Origin: Phaeosaccion multiseriatum
Taxonomy: Eukaryota > Protista > Ochrophyta, other classes
Length of the DNA stretch: 64,000 bases
Direction: 5' to 3'
NCBI GenBank assembly: GCA_965112735.1
Contig: OZ218952.1
Location: forward strand, 3,348,001 to 3,412,000
Shown here: positions 48,509 to 63,500 of the stretch, one piece after another
Numbering within the stretch: the stretch's first letter is position 1
How the letters are laid out: every line of letters begins with the position of its first letter
Made by a program: the position numbers and the translations under genes
Notes under the pieces: generated by a model
Database searches by the model: none
What the model was told of the DNA's origin: nothing
Seen by the model: the letters and a program-made list of their open reading frames with translations, nothing else

Positions 48509-51500
48509 CTTATCTCCAATGTCGTGGAAGGGCTTGCTCATAGAACGAGCCGTCAGCGACCGAGCGATGGCATTTTTAATGCCCCCGCTGCTCTCCCCTG
48601 CCCCAGTGCCGCCCGAAGAGCGCCACGACCATCTGTTGGACACTATGCTACTGCAGCCACTGCCATCACTACCGGCATCTCCTCTTCTTCTTCTTCTTCC
48701 TCCTGCTCCTGCTCCGACCTCTCGAGAGGCCCCGGTGCTGTCGCTCGAACAAGAATTGGATAAAGGGTTGTCGTTGCTGCTGAAGCTGCTGCTCATGGCA
48801 ATCTCGTTCACAATGGGCGACGACGGGAAGGCGCGACTAGGTACAGGCTTCTTCATCGCATCCAGCGCGTACGGCGTCCCACCCGCTGGGAAAGACGTCG
48901 TCTTGTCGTGCTTGTGCTGCTGCTGCTGCTGCTGCAGCGGCAAAGGCTCTCTGGAGAAGGTGGTGAGGTGCTGCTGCTGCTTGACCTTAACGGAGACGGG
49001 GTCGACAGGCTGCGCGGTTTGGATCGCTGACATGACACGAATACCTCCGAGGCTGGTGCGCTCCACGTCGCTGCTCAGGTCACTCCCCGTCAGGGCGATC
49101 GCCTTCGAGGTCGGAGTGGTGGGTGGGAAGATGTAGTTCTGTGGGGAGGAGGAGGAGGAGGAGGAGGAGGAGGAGGAGGAGGAGGAGGAGGAGGAGGAGG
49201 AGAAGGGAGGGGGGAGATGAGGAAGGACACTTTGATTTGAAAGCACATTGCAGCCGAACAAAAATGGTGCACAAGTCAAGTGCATACACGACACAGCAGT
49301 GCGAAGCAGGCAACACAGCAACGACAGGGGAGGGGAAGGTCCATCAACCAACCAGCTTGCAACTGAAGCACTGACCTGGAAGATGATGTCAATGATGATG
49401 GCCACCGGTACCCACACAATGGCAATGAGGATGGCCATGAAGATAAAGGAAGTTGCCGACTCTGCCGGAGGCGCAAAATCGCAGCTCCGGGTCTGATAGT
49501 TCCAGCCGCACATACTGTTTCGACCGGATGGGGTCTCCACGGCCGCACAATCCACGGGCGTGGGGTACTGCTCGCAATCCGCAAGCACCTCGTCGCCGCT
49601 CTCCACAACGAAGAAGACGCACTCGACTACGAGGAGAGCGACGCTGTTCATCGCCAGCCAGGCCACGCGCAGGGGGCGGGACAGCTCGCTGTGGGGGAGT
49701 GAGTGAGTGAGTGAGGGAGGGAGGGAGGGAGAGCAGGGTTAGGATTACAAACGCAATTTGCCGAGGGAGCAAGACAACAGATGCTTTGATTTGCTCTCGG
49801 GGCCAGCCATCCACGGCCTTAAAGCACCTTTACCTTTTCCACCCCCCCCCGTGCACCCCACCCTCCCCCCACCTTCCCCTCCCCTCCCCTCCCCTCCCCT
49901 CCGCTCTCCATACCTGTTGTATGGCACCGGCACGAGGAAGTCGTGCCTCTCCAGAAGGGTGTTCCAAAAGCTGCCGAGCTTGCCCAGGCCAAAGTCATCC
50001 TCCTCCGCCTCCTTCTCCTCCTCATCCTCCTCGGTGGAGGTGTAGCTCCCCGTCTCAGTGGCCCCTGCCCCATCCCGGGTCTGCCACCCGTGCTCATCCT
50101 CCAGGGCTCGAGCAGACGACTCAAAGCTTCCTCCCCTCTTGAGACCTCCCCCAGCTCCGACCAGCGAGCCGATCATTCCCCAATGAGGCCCCCTAGAGGA
50201 TACACCCCCATCGTCTGAACGGTCCCACTCGCCCGCCGCACCCACCACCATGGCTGAATCACCAACTGCTCTATCACCAGCTGTCGCTGTCTCCTCGGCG
50301 TGCTCCTCATTGTATCGATCGCGCTTGTCCGCCACAAAGCCGAGTCCTGCCGACGTCAGCCCCACCACGAGGAATCCAACCACAAAAAGCGAGATGGCCG
50401 TGTTGCGCTGGAAGGACTTGGGGTCCAAGAAATTGACCGCCCCAAGCGTCTGCAGCAGCTCCGACTGTAACTCCACAATGGTGGAGGAGAAGGTGGGGCT
50501 GCGTTGCAATAGGCCCACATCGCACTCGCACATCACGGCCTCTTGTGTGTAGCTCACCGTGTGGCAATTGCCGGACTCCCACTGCTCCGTGGCTGAGCGG
50601 AAGAAGCGGCACTCGGGCGCGTCGTAAGCAGGGATGCACTGGACGGTCTGCACCACCTCCACCCCCTCGCACTCCGCCAACAGAGTAGCCGAGCTACCGT
50701 CCTCAAACTCACACAGCACCTCCGTGGAGCTGAACTCACCCCACTTGCACTGCACCTGCACGCCGCTGTCGATGGGCACGGGAATGTCGTCTGGCACCCT
50801 CGTGAGCGGGATGGAGAAGGTCACGTTGCCCGTCAACACCCCCCCCTCCTCCTCCTCCTCGTCCCCTGTCCCCTCATCCTCCCCTTCCTCCTCTACACCC
50901 TCCCCATCCCCATCCCCAGTACCGGTGTCTTGCAGCCGTCTGTGGCTGTGGCCTCCTTCATCGTAAGTGTTGCTCCAAGGAGTCAACCACCGACGAAATG
51001 AGCCAAAGCCGGAGTCAGAGCCGGAGGAGGCATTGACAGAGGCTGAGGAGACATTGACAGAGGCTGAGGAGCTATTGAGGCTATTGGTTGCCGGTACGAC
51101 GATACCGTCCAGTCCGTCATCCGTACGCGTTGCCACATTGGCAGCGACGAGGGGCTCAGACGTGTTGAGGCTGAGCGTGGAGTGATATTCGTCACACACC
51201 GTGGAGGGGCTGCCTTCGTAGTTGATGTCTATGCTCAGAAGGGCGGCGTCCACTCCTCCGCTGTCGGGGTACTCCTGATTATCCATCGATGGACGCGACA
51301 ACGAGGCATGAGCCATGAGAGAGAGAGAGAGGGGGGGCAAGGGAGGGGGTGAGGGTGAGGGGGGGGGGAGGGGTTGGAGGGGTTGGTTCGGCAGTGTTCC
51401 CAAGGGCTAGGGCGGCGAGAGGAGGGAGGGGGCTGAGGGTATGAGGGGCTGACGACACACACATCAAATGAAACAAGAAGCGACAACACCAACCGCATTA

Positions 51501-54500
51501 CGGACGCAGGAACGCACCTGCTTGTACGTGCTGAGGCCGTACCCAGCGATGCCCACCCTCATGTCGGACGGAACTCCGTGCAGAGAGGCGAGAGAAACCG
51601 TCGACGGTGGAGCTCCAGAAGCGAGCGAAGCGGCAGAGGCAGGCAGCGAAATGCTGCCCGTCTCGCGAGAGGTGGGATCGAACACCCCGGCAGCGACCTA
51701 CCAAGTTGGTGATAACAGGGAAGTGGGCGAGTTTTGAGTTCAAAATCTTCCGCTGCTCACAGACCACCTGACATACAAAAGATAGAGAACCAACAGCCAA
51801 CAGCCGTCCCACTCCTCGCTTCTGCTTACTCTGCTTACCCTGACTTTCGGCGCGGAGACCGAAGCCTGCTGTTCCCCGGCAATGTGGTTCACGGCAATGG
51901 CGCTCGCCGTGGACTGAGCCGCGCACACCACGCCCTGACTCCCCACCTTGGCGCCCGCATCGGCCACGCTCACAACGTTACTAATGGCCCCCACAAGGGA
52001 CTGGGACCCACCGGCGGTGAGGCCCGTCCCTTGGGCTCGATACGCCAGCAAAGAGGCTGTTCCGAGGGAGTTGGAGGCAGCGGTGCGAGTGACCTCGGCC
52101 GGTGTGTCCGTCATGGCGAAGAGTCCACTCGCCACCTGCCCGAGGACGATGGCATCGGTCCTAGCTGCTTCGGAGGCGTCTCGAACACTCGAAATGAGGG
52201 AGGCTCGAAGCTCGGAAACCGTGTTGAAGTCCCTCCGGTCGTACTCGCACGCCGTGCCGCCAAAGCCGCCCTCGCACAGACACGTGTAGGTGCACAGGGT
52301 GGGGTCGTCATGCGAACACACACCGTCCTCCTCGGTCTTGAAGTTCAAGTCCGTCACCACACAGTCACCGCGGTCATTACAGCCGTCCTTGCACGTCACT
52401 ACCGGCTGCACACAAACCACGCTGCCAGTGCTGTTGGTACTACACGTGCCTGTGAGGCAGTCTGTGTCTCTCGAGCACGTCTCTCCGGCGGCGCAGTTGC
52501 CCCCACACACACTGCCGCAGTCTACGTCGGTCTCCCCTGCCTCAATGTCGAGCTGTCCGTTGCTGCAAGTTGAGGCGATGCTCTCCACCGAAATACAAGG
52601 CGCGTTGGCAGACCCCAGCACCCCCAGCGGGTAATCCTCCAGGCAAGGCCCACAGGTGGCGGTGGTATCAAAGCATTCCGCTCGATTGAGGGCAGTGCAG
52701 TTGGGCGCGGAGGAGCAGTTGACACTCGAGAGGACACCGCTAACTGCTTGCGTCAACGCCAGCACCCCATCCACGCTGTTGTGCGGCAGCTCCTCGAGCT
52801 GCGCGTTGGCCACGTCGGACAACTCCTCGGTGCTGCCCTCAAAGGGAAGCACCTGCACAAGGGTGGTGGCGCGCGAAAAGGCGCCGAAAATGTCATACAC
52901 ATACACCCCCACGGTCAGCTGATAATCCGCTCCGTAGCCCTGCCTCAGCACTGTGGTGACGCTGTTCTTAATCAGGGCCTGACGAAGGCCTCCCTCCAAA
53001 GAGGAGGCCTCCGGGTCGCTGCCTCGCACAAAGAAGAAGCTGTAGGTGAGGGGCAGGTCCTCCCCATCGTCTGCCCAGAGGTTGGCGGTGAGGGTGGTGG
53101 TGTTGGTCAGCGCCTGCAGGGAGTCGGGGAACGCCACGAGGTCGCCCGAGTTCGGCGGAGCGTTGGCCACAAAAGTAATGGTGGAGGTGGCCTCCTCCGA
53201 GGACCCAGCGTAATTGGCCAACAGCCGAAGCGTGTACTCAGCCTTGGGCACGAAGGACATGGGAAACACAACGAGGTTGAAAGGCTCGTTTGAGTTGGCC
53301 GTCACGGTGCCGGATGTGGGCGTCCCCGCCACCGCTGCCAATGCCTCTTCATCCTCGAACAGCTCTCCCACCATTTCCCACCGAACCTCTGCATCACTGT
53401 CTCCAGTTTCCACGTAGGCCTGCACACGCAGATTGTCACTCGGGTTGACCTTTGCCACCTCAAGAGGGGTCACGAGCACCGTAGGAAGACGGGCTTCCAC
53501 CCCTGTCAAAAACACGCTCTGCGACACCTCTTCGCTGCTGCCCGGAGCAGAGCCCTCGCTGCGCACAAATACCGTAAACTCGTACTCCACGCCTGCGTCC
53601 AGCGAAGACACAGGGAGCCTTCCGACGGCCGCCTCGGGCAAGTCCAGGCCACAGTCATCCCCAGACTCCACTTCAGCGCACTCCCATCGGAAGAGGAGGT
53701 TGCTACTGCTGGTGTTGCCTTCTTCCTCTCCCTCCTCTTGCATTCTTCGGCTCGTCCGCATCCTCCTGCGCCGTCGGAGGGTCTCCTCCTCATCGGGAAT
53801 TTGGTTGGGGTCGAGCGACACCGACGCGTCAAGCACAATGTACTCAATGTCGTCCCCGTCCGTCCCGTCGGGCTGCAGAGATACCACTCGCTCACCTCCG
53901 CCAGCAATAATGGGGGTGAGCGCCTTCTTGCTGATGAAGCGAGCCAGGCTCGCGCTATTGCTCACCCCGTTGGTATTCGTCACTTCCACCATAAACTCTG
54001 CCTCCTGGTCGTACTCGAGCGTATAGGGCGGCACCTCCAGAAACTCTGATGTAGCTCCTTCATACTCCTCCCCGTTGATGAACCACGTGTACGACAGGTC
54101 CGGCGACACATCCAGCAGCTGCTGAAGGCCTCGCTCTCCTCGTCCGAACCCTAAGTCCAACCCTCGCCGAGCTCGTCGGTTATCGCCACGCACGCACGGA
54201 GCGGTCACCTCAGCCGAAGAGTGTACCACAATCGTGTCACTGCGGTAGAGCTCGTCCGCCGCAGCGATGCTGAGGAAGACGGAGGGCAAAGGGGCAGCGA
54301 CTACCTCTACCGAGAAGTTGGACGTCTCTGACCAGCCGAGATGGCTGGTGACGCTCAGTTGGAAGGTGTACCGCACGCCGCCCGTTACGAAGTTGCTCGG
54401 GATGAGCACCTGGGACGGGGTGGGTAGGAGAAGGAGGAGGAGGAGGAGGAGGAGGAGGAGGAGGAGGAGGAGGAGGAGGAGGAGGAGGGAGGAGGGTGTG

Positions 54501-57500
54501 AGGACGGACATTCCTCCGACAAACTAAATGTGTAATTGTATGAATGCCGCTGTTTCCTTCTGCAAGACAAAACAGAAGACGTGCCCGCCTCTGTTCCCTG
54601 AGTGATTCCGCCACACATACACACACACATACACACACACAACATACACACACACACACACACACTCACAGATAGTTCCCGTGCAGTGTTGGCCTCTGCG
54701 AGTCTCGAGGTGATGCCCTCCATCTCCCGCTCCGACACGACGCGGTCAATGCCCGTGAGACTCCACTCCACCTCAAGGGGGAGGCCCGCCCCCCCGCCTG
54801 TGGCGGTTGCATCGAGCGTGAGGTCTGCACAAGAGGAAAGACTCTCTGGCACTTGGAGGAAAATGCGCGGGGAGTTGTCCACGGCATCGGCAATCTGCGG
54901 TAGGGAGGGAGGGAGGGGAAGGGTGGGGAGAGGGAGGACAGAGGTGGGTGGAAAGGATGGAGGGAGGGAGAGGGAGGGAGGAGGGGGGCGGGAGGGGGAT
55001 GCTATCAAGTTTGCTTCTTCTCTCCCTTACCCCACTCCCCACCCACTCAATAACGAACAATCAGTCAGTCAGTCAATCAATCAAATCAATCACACTCGAC
55101 AGGTAAAAACTCAAAATGCGTGTGACTCACATTGACGGAAACCTCCGAGAACTGTTTGTAGAGCGGTACTGCCACAGACCCCCTCTCCGCCTCCGTGGCC
55201 AACACCCCCTTGCGCAGGCCCATCCAATCCCCGAGGCCAAACACGTTGTCTTCCCCCAGCACGGGCAGATGAAGCTCCACCACTATGGTTGTGGGGCTGC
55301 GAAAGCGGCATGTGGAGCCGCCCTCCACGTCGGAGCCTGTGAAGTCAAACACTTGGCCGCAGTTGAACTCTCCAACTTCGTTGATGGACACTCCGGAGGC
55401 GGCCGACAGTCGCGCGGCGTCTATTGTCAGCGGCAAGGGGGGGAGGCATAGCATAATGGGGGGCGTGTGTGTGTGTGTGCGTTGGAAGGTGAAGGTTGTT
55501 TACGGGAATACATCACACAAGCAACAAGAGGGGCAAAGGGGGGCGTTAGGGCAATTGAGGGCTATGGAACCGAGAGGCTGCCGCGGGTGGATGCAGTGCA
55601 GGAGAGCAACACGCATATCGATGGAGGGAGTCACTACCATGCCATACACACGCACCAGTCTACACTTGTCTCTGGAAAAAGACAAAAGCTACGAGCACAC
55701 ACACGTACCGGATAGGGTGACGAGCACGCTCAAGCCCGAGGCTTCGAACCGCGTTGAGCTGATCGTGACGGGTGTGAATGGAGACTGGGAGGGGCCGATG
55801 AAGTCCACGAACACGAGCTCCGGGAAACCCGTTTGCAGCACCTGGGGAGAAGGGGCGGTGGACAAGTGGAAGGAAGTAGTGGAATGAACATGCGGGCGGG
55901 TGCAGCGAGGATGGCAGGAACACAAAGGGAGGGGGGAAGGGAGGCGTGAGGGGTGAGCCAGATGGCGGAAAGGGGTGAGAGAGGGAAAAGACATCAGACA
56001 GAACAACCACCACAACAACAACAACAGCGGTAGGCAGCCCCTTACCGTCAAAATCTGCTCCTGCACGGCAACGAACACCTCCAGCTCCACCCCCTCGACG
56101 GTGAAGGCCTCCACACCAGGTATGTCGTCTCTATCGGGCGCGTCCACTGTCTGCAAACGTCGCTTCTTTCCCTTCATCTCCTGCCCGTGGTGTTGCGGTT
56201 GCTGCTGCTGCTGGAGGGCTAGCCTCCGACCACTCGTACTCAACACTTGCACGGGCGTGCCCATGATGTCGGAGAGCAGGGAAGGAAGGATCACACCCGC
56301 TTCGTCTGTGGGTAGAATACCATAAAGCACCACAGAGCTAAGGGTTGTGGTTGGAGCCGGCGTCTCCTCTGCCGCAGGCGTAGGCGTCTCCTCTGCCACA
56401 GGCGCTTCCGTCTCCTCTGCCACAGGTGCTATTGTCTCCTCTGCCACAGGTGCTGGTGTCTCCACAGCCACAGGTGCTTCTGTTTCCACAGCCACAGGCG
56501 TCTCTGTCACCTCTGCCACAGGTGCTGGTGTCTCCTCTGCCACAGGTGCTTCTGTTTCCACAGCCACAGGCGTCTCTGTCACCTCTGCCACAGGTGCTGG
56601 TGTCTCCTCTGCCACAGGTGCTTCTGTTTCCACAGCCACAGGCGTCTCTGTCACCTCTGCCACAGGTGCTGGTGTCTCCTCTGCCATAGGGGCTTCTGTT
56701 TCCACAGCCACAGGTGCTTCTGTCTCCTCTGCCATAGGTGCTGGTGTCTCCACAGCCACAGGTACTTCTGTTTCCACAGCCACAGGTGCTTCTGTTTCCT
56801 CAGCCACAGGCGCTTCTGTCTCCTCTGTCACAGGCGTAGGCGTATCCTCTGCAACAGGTGCTTCTGTTTCCACAGCCAGAGGTGCTTCTGTCTCCTCTGC
56901 CATAGGTGCTGGCGTCTCCACAGCCACAGGTACTTCTGTTTCCACAGCCACAGGTGCTTCTGTTTCCACAGCCACAGGCGCTTCTGTCTCCTCTGCCACA
57001 GGTGCTGGTGTCTCCTCTGCCATAGGGGCTTCTGTTTCCACAGCCACAGGTGCTTCTGTCTCCTCTGCCATAGGTGCTGGTGACTCCACAGCCACAGGTA
57101 CTTCTGTTTCCACAGCCACAGGTGCTTCTGTTTCCTCAGCCACAGGCGCTTCTGTCTCCTCTGTCACAGGCGTAGGCGTATCCTCTGCAACAGGTGCTTC
57201 TGTTTCCACAGCCACAGGTGCTTCTGTCTCCTCCGTCACGGATGCTGGTGACTCCACAGCCACAGGTGGTTCTGTTTCCACAGCCACAGGCGTCTCTGTC
57301 ACCTCTGCCACAGGTGCTGGTGTTTCCACAGCCACAGGTGCTTCTGTTTCCACTGCCACAGGCATCTCGGTCACCTCTGCCACAGGTGCTGGTGTCTCCA
57401 CAGCCACAGGTGCTTCTGTTTCCACAGCCACAGGCGTCTCTGTCACCTCTGCCACAGGTGCTTCCGTTTCCACAGCCACAGGTGCTTCTGTCTCCTCTGC

Positions 57501-60500
57501 CATAGGTGCTGGTGTCTCCTCTGCCATAGGTGCTTCCGTTTCCACTGCCACAGGTGCTTCTGTTTCCTCAGCCACAGGCGCTTCTGTCTCCTCTGTCACA
57601 GGTGCTGGTGCCTCCACAGCCACAGGTGCTTCTGTTTCCTCAGCCATAGGCGTCTCTGTCACCTCTGCCATAGGTGCTGGTGTCTCCACAGACACAGGTG
57701 CTTCTGTTTCCACAGCCACAGGCGTCTCTGTCACCTCTGCCACAGGCGCTGGTGTCTCCACAGCCACAGGTGCTTCTGTTTCCACAGCCACAGGCGTCTC
57801 TGTCACCTCTGCCGCAGGTGCTGGTGTCTCCACAGCCACAGGTGCTTGTGTTTCCACAGCCACAGGCGTCTCTGTCTCCTCTGCCTCAGGTGCTGGTGTC
57901 TCCACAGCCACAGGTGCTTCTGTTTCCACAGCCACAGGCGTCTGTGTCACCTCTGCCACAGGCGCTGGTGTCTCCACAGCCACAGGTGCTTCTGTTTCCA
58001 CAGCCACAGGCGTCTCTGTCACCTCTGCCACAGGCGCTGGTGTCTCCACAGCCACAGGTGCTTCTGTTTCCACAGCCACAGGCGTCTGTGTCACCTCTGC
58101 CTCAGGTGCTGGTGTCTCCACAGCCACAGGTGCTTCTGTTTCCACTGCCACAGGCGTCTCTGTCACCTCTGCCACAGGTGCTGGTGTCTCCACAGCCACA
58201 GGTGCTTCTGTTTCCACAGCCACAGGCGTCTCTGTCACCTCTGCCACAGGTGCTGGTGTCTCCACAGCCACAGGTGCTTCTGTTTCCACAGCCACAGGCG
58301 CCTCTGTCACCTCTGCCTCAGGTGCTGGTGTCTCCACAGCCACAGGTGCTTCTGTTTCCACAGCCACGGGTGCTTCTGTCTCCTCTGCCATAGGTGCTGG
58401 TGTCTCCACAGACACAGGTACTTCTGTTTCCTCAGCCGAAGGCGCTTCTGTCTCCTCTGCCACAGGTGCTGGTGTCTCCACAGCTACAGGTGCTTCTGTT
58501 TCCACAGCCACAGGCGTCTCTGTCACCTCTGCCGCAGGTGCTGGTGTCTCCACAGCCACAGGTGCTTCTGTTTCCACAGCCACAGGCGTCTCTGTCACCT
58601 CTGCCACAGGTGCTGGTGTCTCCACAGCCACAGGTGCTTCTGTTTCCACAGCCACAGGCGTCTCTGTCACCTCTGCCACAGGTGCTGGTGTCTCCTCTGC
58701 CACAGGTGCTTCTGTTTCCACAGCCACAGGCGTCTCTGTCACCTCTGCCACAGGTGCTTCTGTTTCCACAGCCACAGGCGCCTCTGTCACCTCTGCCTCA
58801 GGTGCTGGTGTTTCCACAGCAACAGGTGCTTCTGTTTCCATAGCCACAGGCGTCTCTGTCACCTCTGCCACAGGCGTCTCTGTCACCTCTGCCACAGGTG
58901 CTGGTGTTTCCACAGCCACAGGTGCTTCTGTTTCCACTGCCTCAGGTGCTTCTGTTTCCTCAGCCACAGGCGTCTCTGTCACCTCTGCCACAGGTGCTGG
59001 TGTCTCCACAGCCTCAGGTGCTGGTGTCTCCACAGCCACAGGTGCTTCTGTCACCTCTGCCACAGGTGCTGGTGTCTCCACAGCCACAGGTGCTTCTGTT
59101 TCCACAGCCACAGGTGCTTCTGTTTCCACTGCCTCAGGTGCTGGTGTTTCCACAGCCACAGGCGTCTCTGTCACCTCTGCCACAGGTGCTGGTGTCTCCA
59201 CAGCCTCAGGTGCTGGTGTCTCCACAGCCACAGGTGCTTCTGTCACCTCTGCCACAGGTGCTGGTGTCTCCACAGCCTCAGGTGCTGGTGTCTCCACAGC
59301 CACAGGTGCTTCTGTCACCTCTGCCACAGGTGCTGGTGTCTCCACAGCCACAGGTGCTTCTGTTTCCACAGCCACAGGCGCTTCTGTCTCCTCCGTCACA
59401 GGCGTAGGCGTCTCCTCTGCAACAGGTGCTTCTGTCTCCTCTGCCATAGGTGCTGGTGTCTCCACAGCCGCAGGTGCTTCTGTTTCCTCGGCCGCAGGCG
59501 TCTCAGTCACCTCCGCCACAGGTGCTGGTGTTTCCTCAGCCACAGGTGCTTCTGTTTCCACAGCCACAGGCGTCTCTGTCACCTCTGCCACAGGTGCTGG
59601 CGTCTCCACAGCCACAGGCGCCTCTGTCACCTCTGCCTCAGGTGCTGGTGTCTCCACAGCCACAGGTGCTTCTGTTTCCACAGCCACGGGCGTCTCTGTC
59701 ACCTCTGCCGCAGGTGCTGGTGTCTCCACAGCCACAGGTGCTTCTGTTTCCACTGCCACAGGCGTCTCTGTCACCTCTGCCTGAGGTGCTGGTGTCTCCA
59801 CAGCCACAGGTGCTTCTGTTTCCACAGCCACAGGCGTCTCTGTCACCTCTGCCACAGGTGCTGGTGTCTCCACAGACACAGGTGCTTCTGTTTCCACTGC
59901 CACAGGCGTCTCTGTCACCTCTGCCACAGGTGCTGGTGTCTCCACAGCCACAGGTGCTTCTGTTTCCACAGCCACAGGCGTCTCTGTCACCTCTGCCACA
60001 GGTGCTGGTGTCTCCACAGCCACAGGTGCTTCTGTTTCCACAGCCACAGGCGTCTGTGTCACCTCTGCCTCAGGTGCTGGTGTCTCCACAGCCACAGGTG
60101 CTTCTGTTTCCACAGCCACAGGCGTCTCTGTCACCTCTGCCACAGGTGCTGGTGTCTCCACAGCCACAGGTGCTTCTGTTTCCACAACCACAGGCGTCTC
60201 TGTCACCTCTGCCACAGGTGCTGGTGTCTCCACAGCCACAGGTGCTTCTGTTTCCACAGCCACAGGCGTCTCTGTCACCTCTGCCACAGGTGCTGGTGTT
60301 TCCACAGCCACAGGTGCTTCTGTTTCCACAGCCACAGGCGTCTCTGTCACCTCTGCCACAGGTGCTGGTGTCTCCACAGCCACAGGTGCTTCTGTTTCCA
60401 CAGCCACAGGCGTCTCTGTCACCTCTGCCTCAGGTGCTTCTGTTTCCACAGCCACAGGTACTTCTGTTTCCTCAGCCGAAGGCGCTTCTGTCACCTCTGC

Positions 60501-63500
60501 CATAGGTGTTGGAGTCTCCTCTACCACAGGCGCTTCCGTCTCAGCAACAGGCGCCTCCGTCTCAGCAACAGGCGCTTCCGTCTCTGCCACTGACGCCTGC
60601 GTCTCCTCTACAGGCGTGGGCGTATCGAGAACCACCGGCACTTCTGTCTGCGCTGTTTGAGCTTCTGTTGGGGCTGCTGTCGGGGCTGAAGTAGGCGCCG
60701 CCGTTGGTGCCTGGCGAAGGGAGAGGACAACAAAGAATAAATCGACAGAGAGTAGGAGTAGACCAACAGATGAAACAGGATGAGGATGACAAGACGGGAA
60801 GCGGAATGGAGTGAGAGAGGCGGAGGACAAGACGCAGCACAAGTCATCGCATGAATCAATTCAAGTGGGGCGGAGGGGACGAACAGCGCCAGGGAAAACT
60901 CATCGTCACCAACCTCCGTAGGCGCAGACGTTTCATCATTCGCTGCTGTTGGAGCTGCAGGTGCCGATGTTGGGGCCACTGCTGGAGCTGTGGTTGGAGC
61001 TTCGGTTGGTGCCTGCTGTCCCAAGAGAGAGGGAGAACGAATAAAGGGGGGAAGCGAGGGCGAGAGAGAATGGCTTGAGGGAGCAGGAGAAGAACTGGCA
61101 GCAGGGCCCACCTCAGGAGTGAGCATCCTGAGCTGAGTCGCGAGCTTGCCCGAGGCAACATGCATTGCCACATACCTCGGTGGGATTCACTATTGGTGCC
61201 GCTGTTGGTGCTGATGTTGGTGTGGTTGTTGGTGCCGCTGTTGGTGCTGATGTTGGTGTGGCTGTTGGTGCCGCTGCTGGTGCTGATGATGGTGTGGCTG
61301 TTGGTGCGGCTGTTGGTGCTGATGATGGTGTGGCTGTTGGTGCGGCTGTTGGTGCTGATGTTGGTGTGGCTGTTGGTGCGGCTGTTGGTGCTGATGTTGG
61401 TGTAGCTGTTGGTGCCGATGTTGGTGCTGATGATGGTGTGGCTGTTGGTGCGGCGGTTGGTGCTGGTGTTGGTGTGGCTGTTGGTACCGCTGTTGGTGCT
61501 GATGATGGTGTGGCTGTTGGTGCCGCTGTTGGTGCTGATGTTGGTGTGGCTGTTGGTGCGGCTGTTGGTGCTGATGTTGGTGTGGCTGTTGGTGCGGCTG
61601 TTGGTGCTGATGATGGTGTGGCTGTTGGTGCGGCTGTTGGTGCTGATGTTGGTGTGGCTGTTGGTGCGGCTGTTGGTGCTGATGTTGGTGCGGCTGTTGG
61701 TGCTGATGTTGGTGCTGATGTTGGTGTGGCTGTTGGTGCCGCTGTTGGTGTGGCTGTTGGTGCGGCTGTTGGTGCTGATGTTGGTGCGGCTGTTGGTGCC
61801 GCTGTTGGTGTGGCTGTTGGTGCTGCTGTTGGTGCTGATGTTGGTGTGGCTGTTGGTGCGGCTGTTGGTGCTGATGATGGTGTGGCTGTTGGTGCGGCTG
61901 TTGGTGCTGATGTTGGTGCGGCTGTTGGTGCCGCTGTTGGTGTGGCTGTTGGTGCTGCTGTTGGTGCTGATGTTGGTGTGGCTGTTGGTGCCGCTGTTGG
62001 TGCTGATGTTGGTGTGGCTGTTGGTGCCGCTGTTGGTGCTGATGATGGTGTGGCTGTTGGTGCGGCTGTTGGTTCTGATGTTGGTGTGGCTGTTGGTGCG
62101 GCTGTTGGTGCTGATGTTGGTGTGGCTGTTGGTGCGGCTGTTGGTGCTGATGTTGGTGTGGCTGTTGGTGCCGCTGTTGGTGCTGATGTTGGTGTGGCTG
62201 TTGGTGCGGCTGTTGGTGCTGCTGATGGTGTGGCTGTTGGTGCTGCTGTTGGTGCTGATGTTGGTGTGGCTGTTGGTGCCGCTGTTGGTGCTGATGATGG
62301 CGTGGCTGTTGGTGCGGCTGTTGGTGCTGATGATGGTGTGGCTGTTGGTGCGGCTGTTGGTGCTGATGATGGTGTGGCTGTTGGTGCGGCTGTTGGTGCT
62401 GATGTTGGTGTGGCTGTTGGTGCGGCTGTTGGTGCTGCTGATGGTGTGGCTGTTGGTGCGGCTGTTGGTGCTGATGTTGGTGTGGCTGTTGGTGCCGATG
62501 TTGGTGCTGATGTTGGTGTGGCTGTTGGTGCCGCTGTTGGTGCTGATGATGGCGTGGCTGTTGGTGCGGCTGTTGGTGCTGATGTTGGTGCGGCTGTTGG
62601 TGCTGATGTTGGTGTGGCTGTTGGTGCGGCTGTTGGTGCTGATGTTGGTGTGGCTGTTGGTGCGGCTGTTGGTGCTGATGATGGTGTGGCTGTTGGTGCT
62701 GATGATGGTGTGGCTGTTGGTGTGGCTGTTGGTGCTGATGTTGGTGTGGCTGTTGGTGCGGCTGTTGGTGCTGATGTTGGTGTGGTTGTTGGTGCCGCTG
62801 TTGGTGCTGCTGTTGGTGTGGCTGTTGGTGCTGATGTTGGTGCTGATGTTGGTGTGGCTGTTGGTGCCGCTGTTGGTGCTGCTGTTGGTGCTGATGTTGG
62901 TGTGGCTGTTGGTGCTGCTGTCGTTGGTGCCGGTGTAGGAGCTGCCGTTGGTGTTGCTGTCGTTGGTGCCGGTGTCGGAGCTGCTGTTGGTGCTGCTGTC
63001 GTTGGTGCCGGTGTAGGAGCTGCTGTTGGTGCTGCTGTCGTTGGTGCCGGTGTAGGAGCTGCTGTTGGTGCTGCTGTCGTTGGTGCCGGTGTAGGAGCTG
63101 CTGTTGGTGCTGCTGTCGTTGGTGCCGGTGTAGGAGCTGCTGTTGGTGCTGCTGTCGTTGGTGCCGGTGTAGGAGCTGCTGTTGGTGCTGCTGTCGTTGG
63201 TGCCGGTGTAGGAGCTACCGTTGGGGGCCCTGTTGGAGCTGCTGTTGGTGCCGGTGTAGGAGCTGCCGTTGTAACCTGGCGACGGGAGAGAGGAGGAGGA
63301 CAATACGGCAAGCAGGATGGGTGGAGTGAGAGAGCCGGAGAGGAGTGACAGCAGAAAAAAACCCTTGAACGGACAAAACGAGCGGGGCGGGGCAGCCTAT
63401 CAGCCACAAGGGGAAATTCATCGTTACCCACCGTGGCTGGTGCTGTTGGTGCTGCTGTAGGTGCACACACTATGCTTACGTTCCCACAGCAATCGCCAAA

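Noticed and set aside
56347-63348. Very long + strand ORFs (1145, 915, 727, 509 aa) and the alternative - frame 815-aa ORF
   Set aside because: Shadow frames of stop-free coding minisatellites. Only the T/P-rich frames join flanking exons through proper splice sites.
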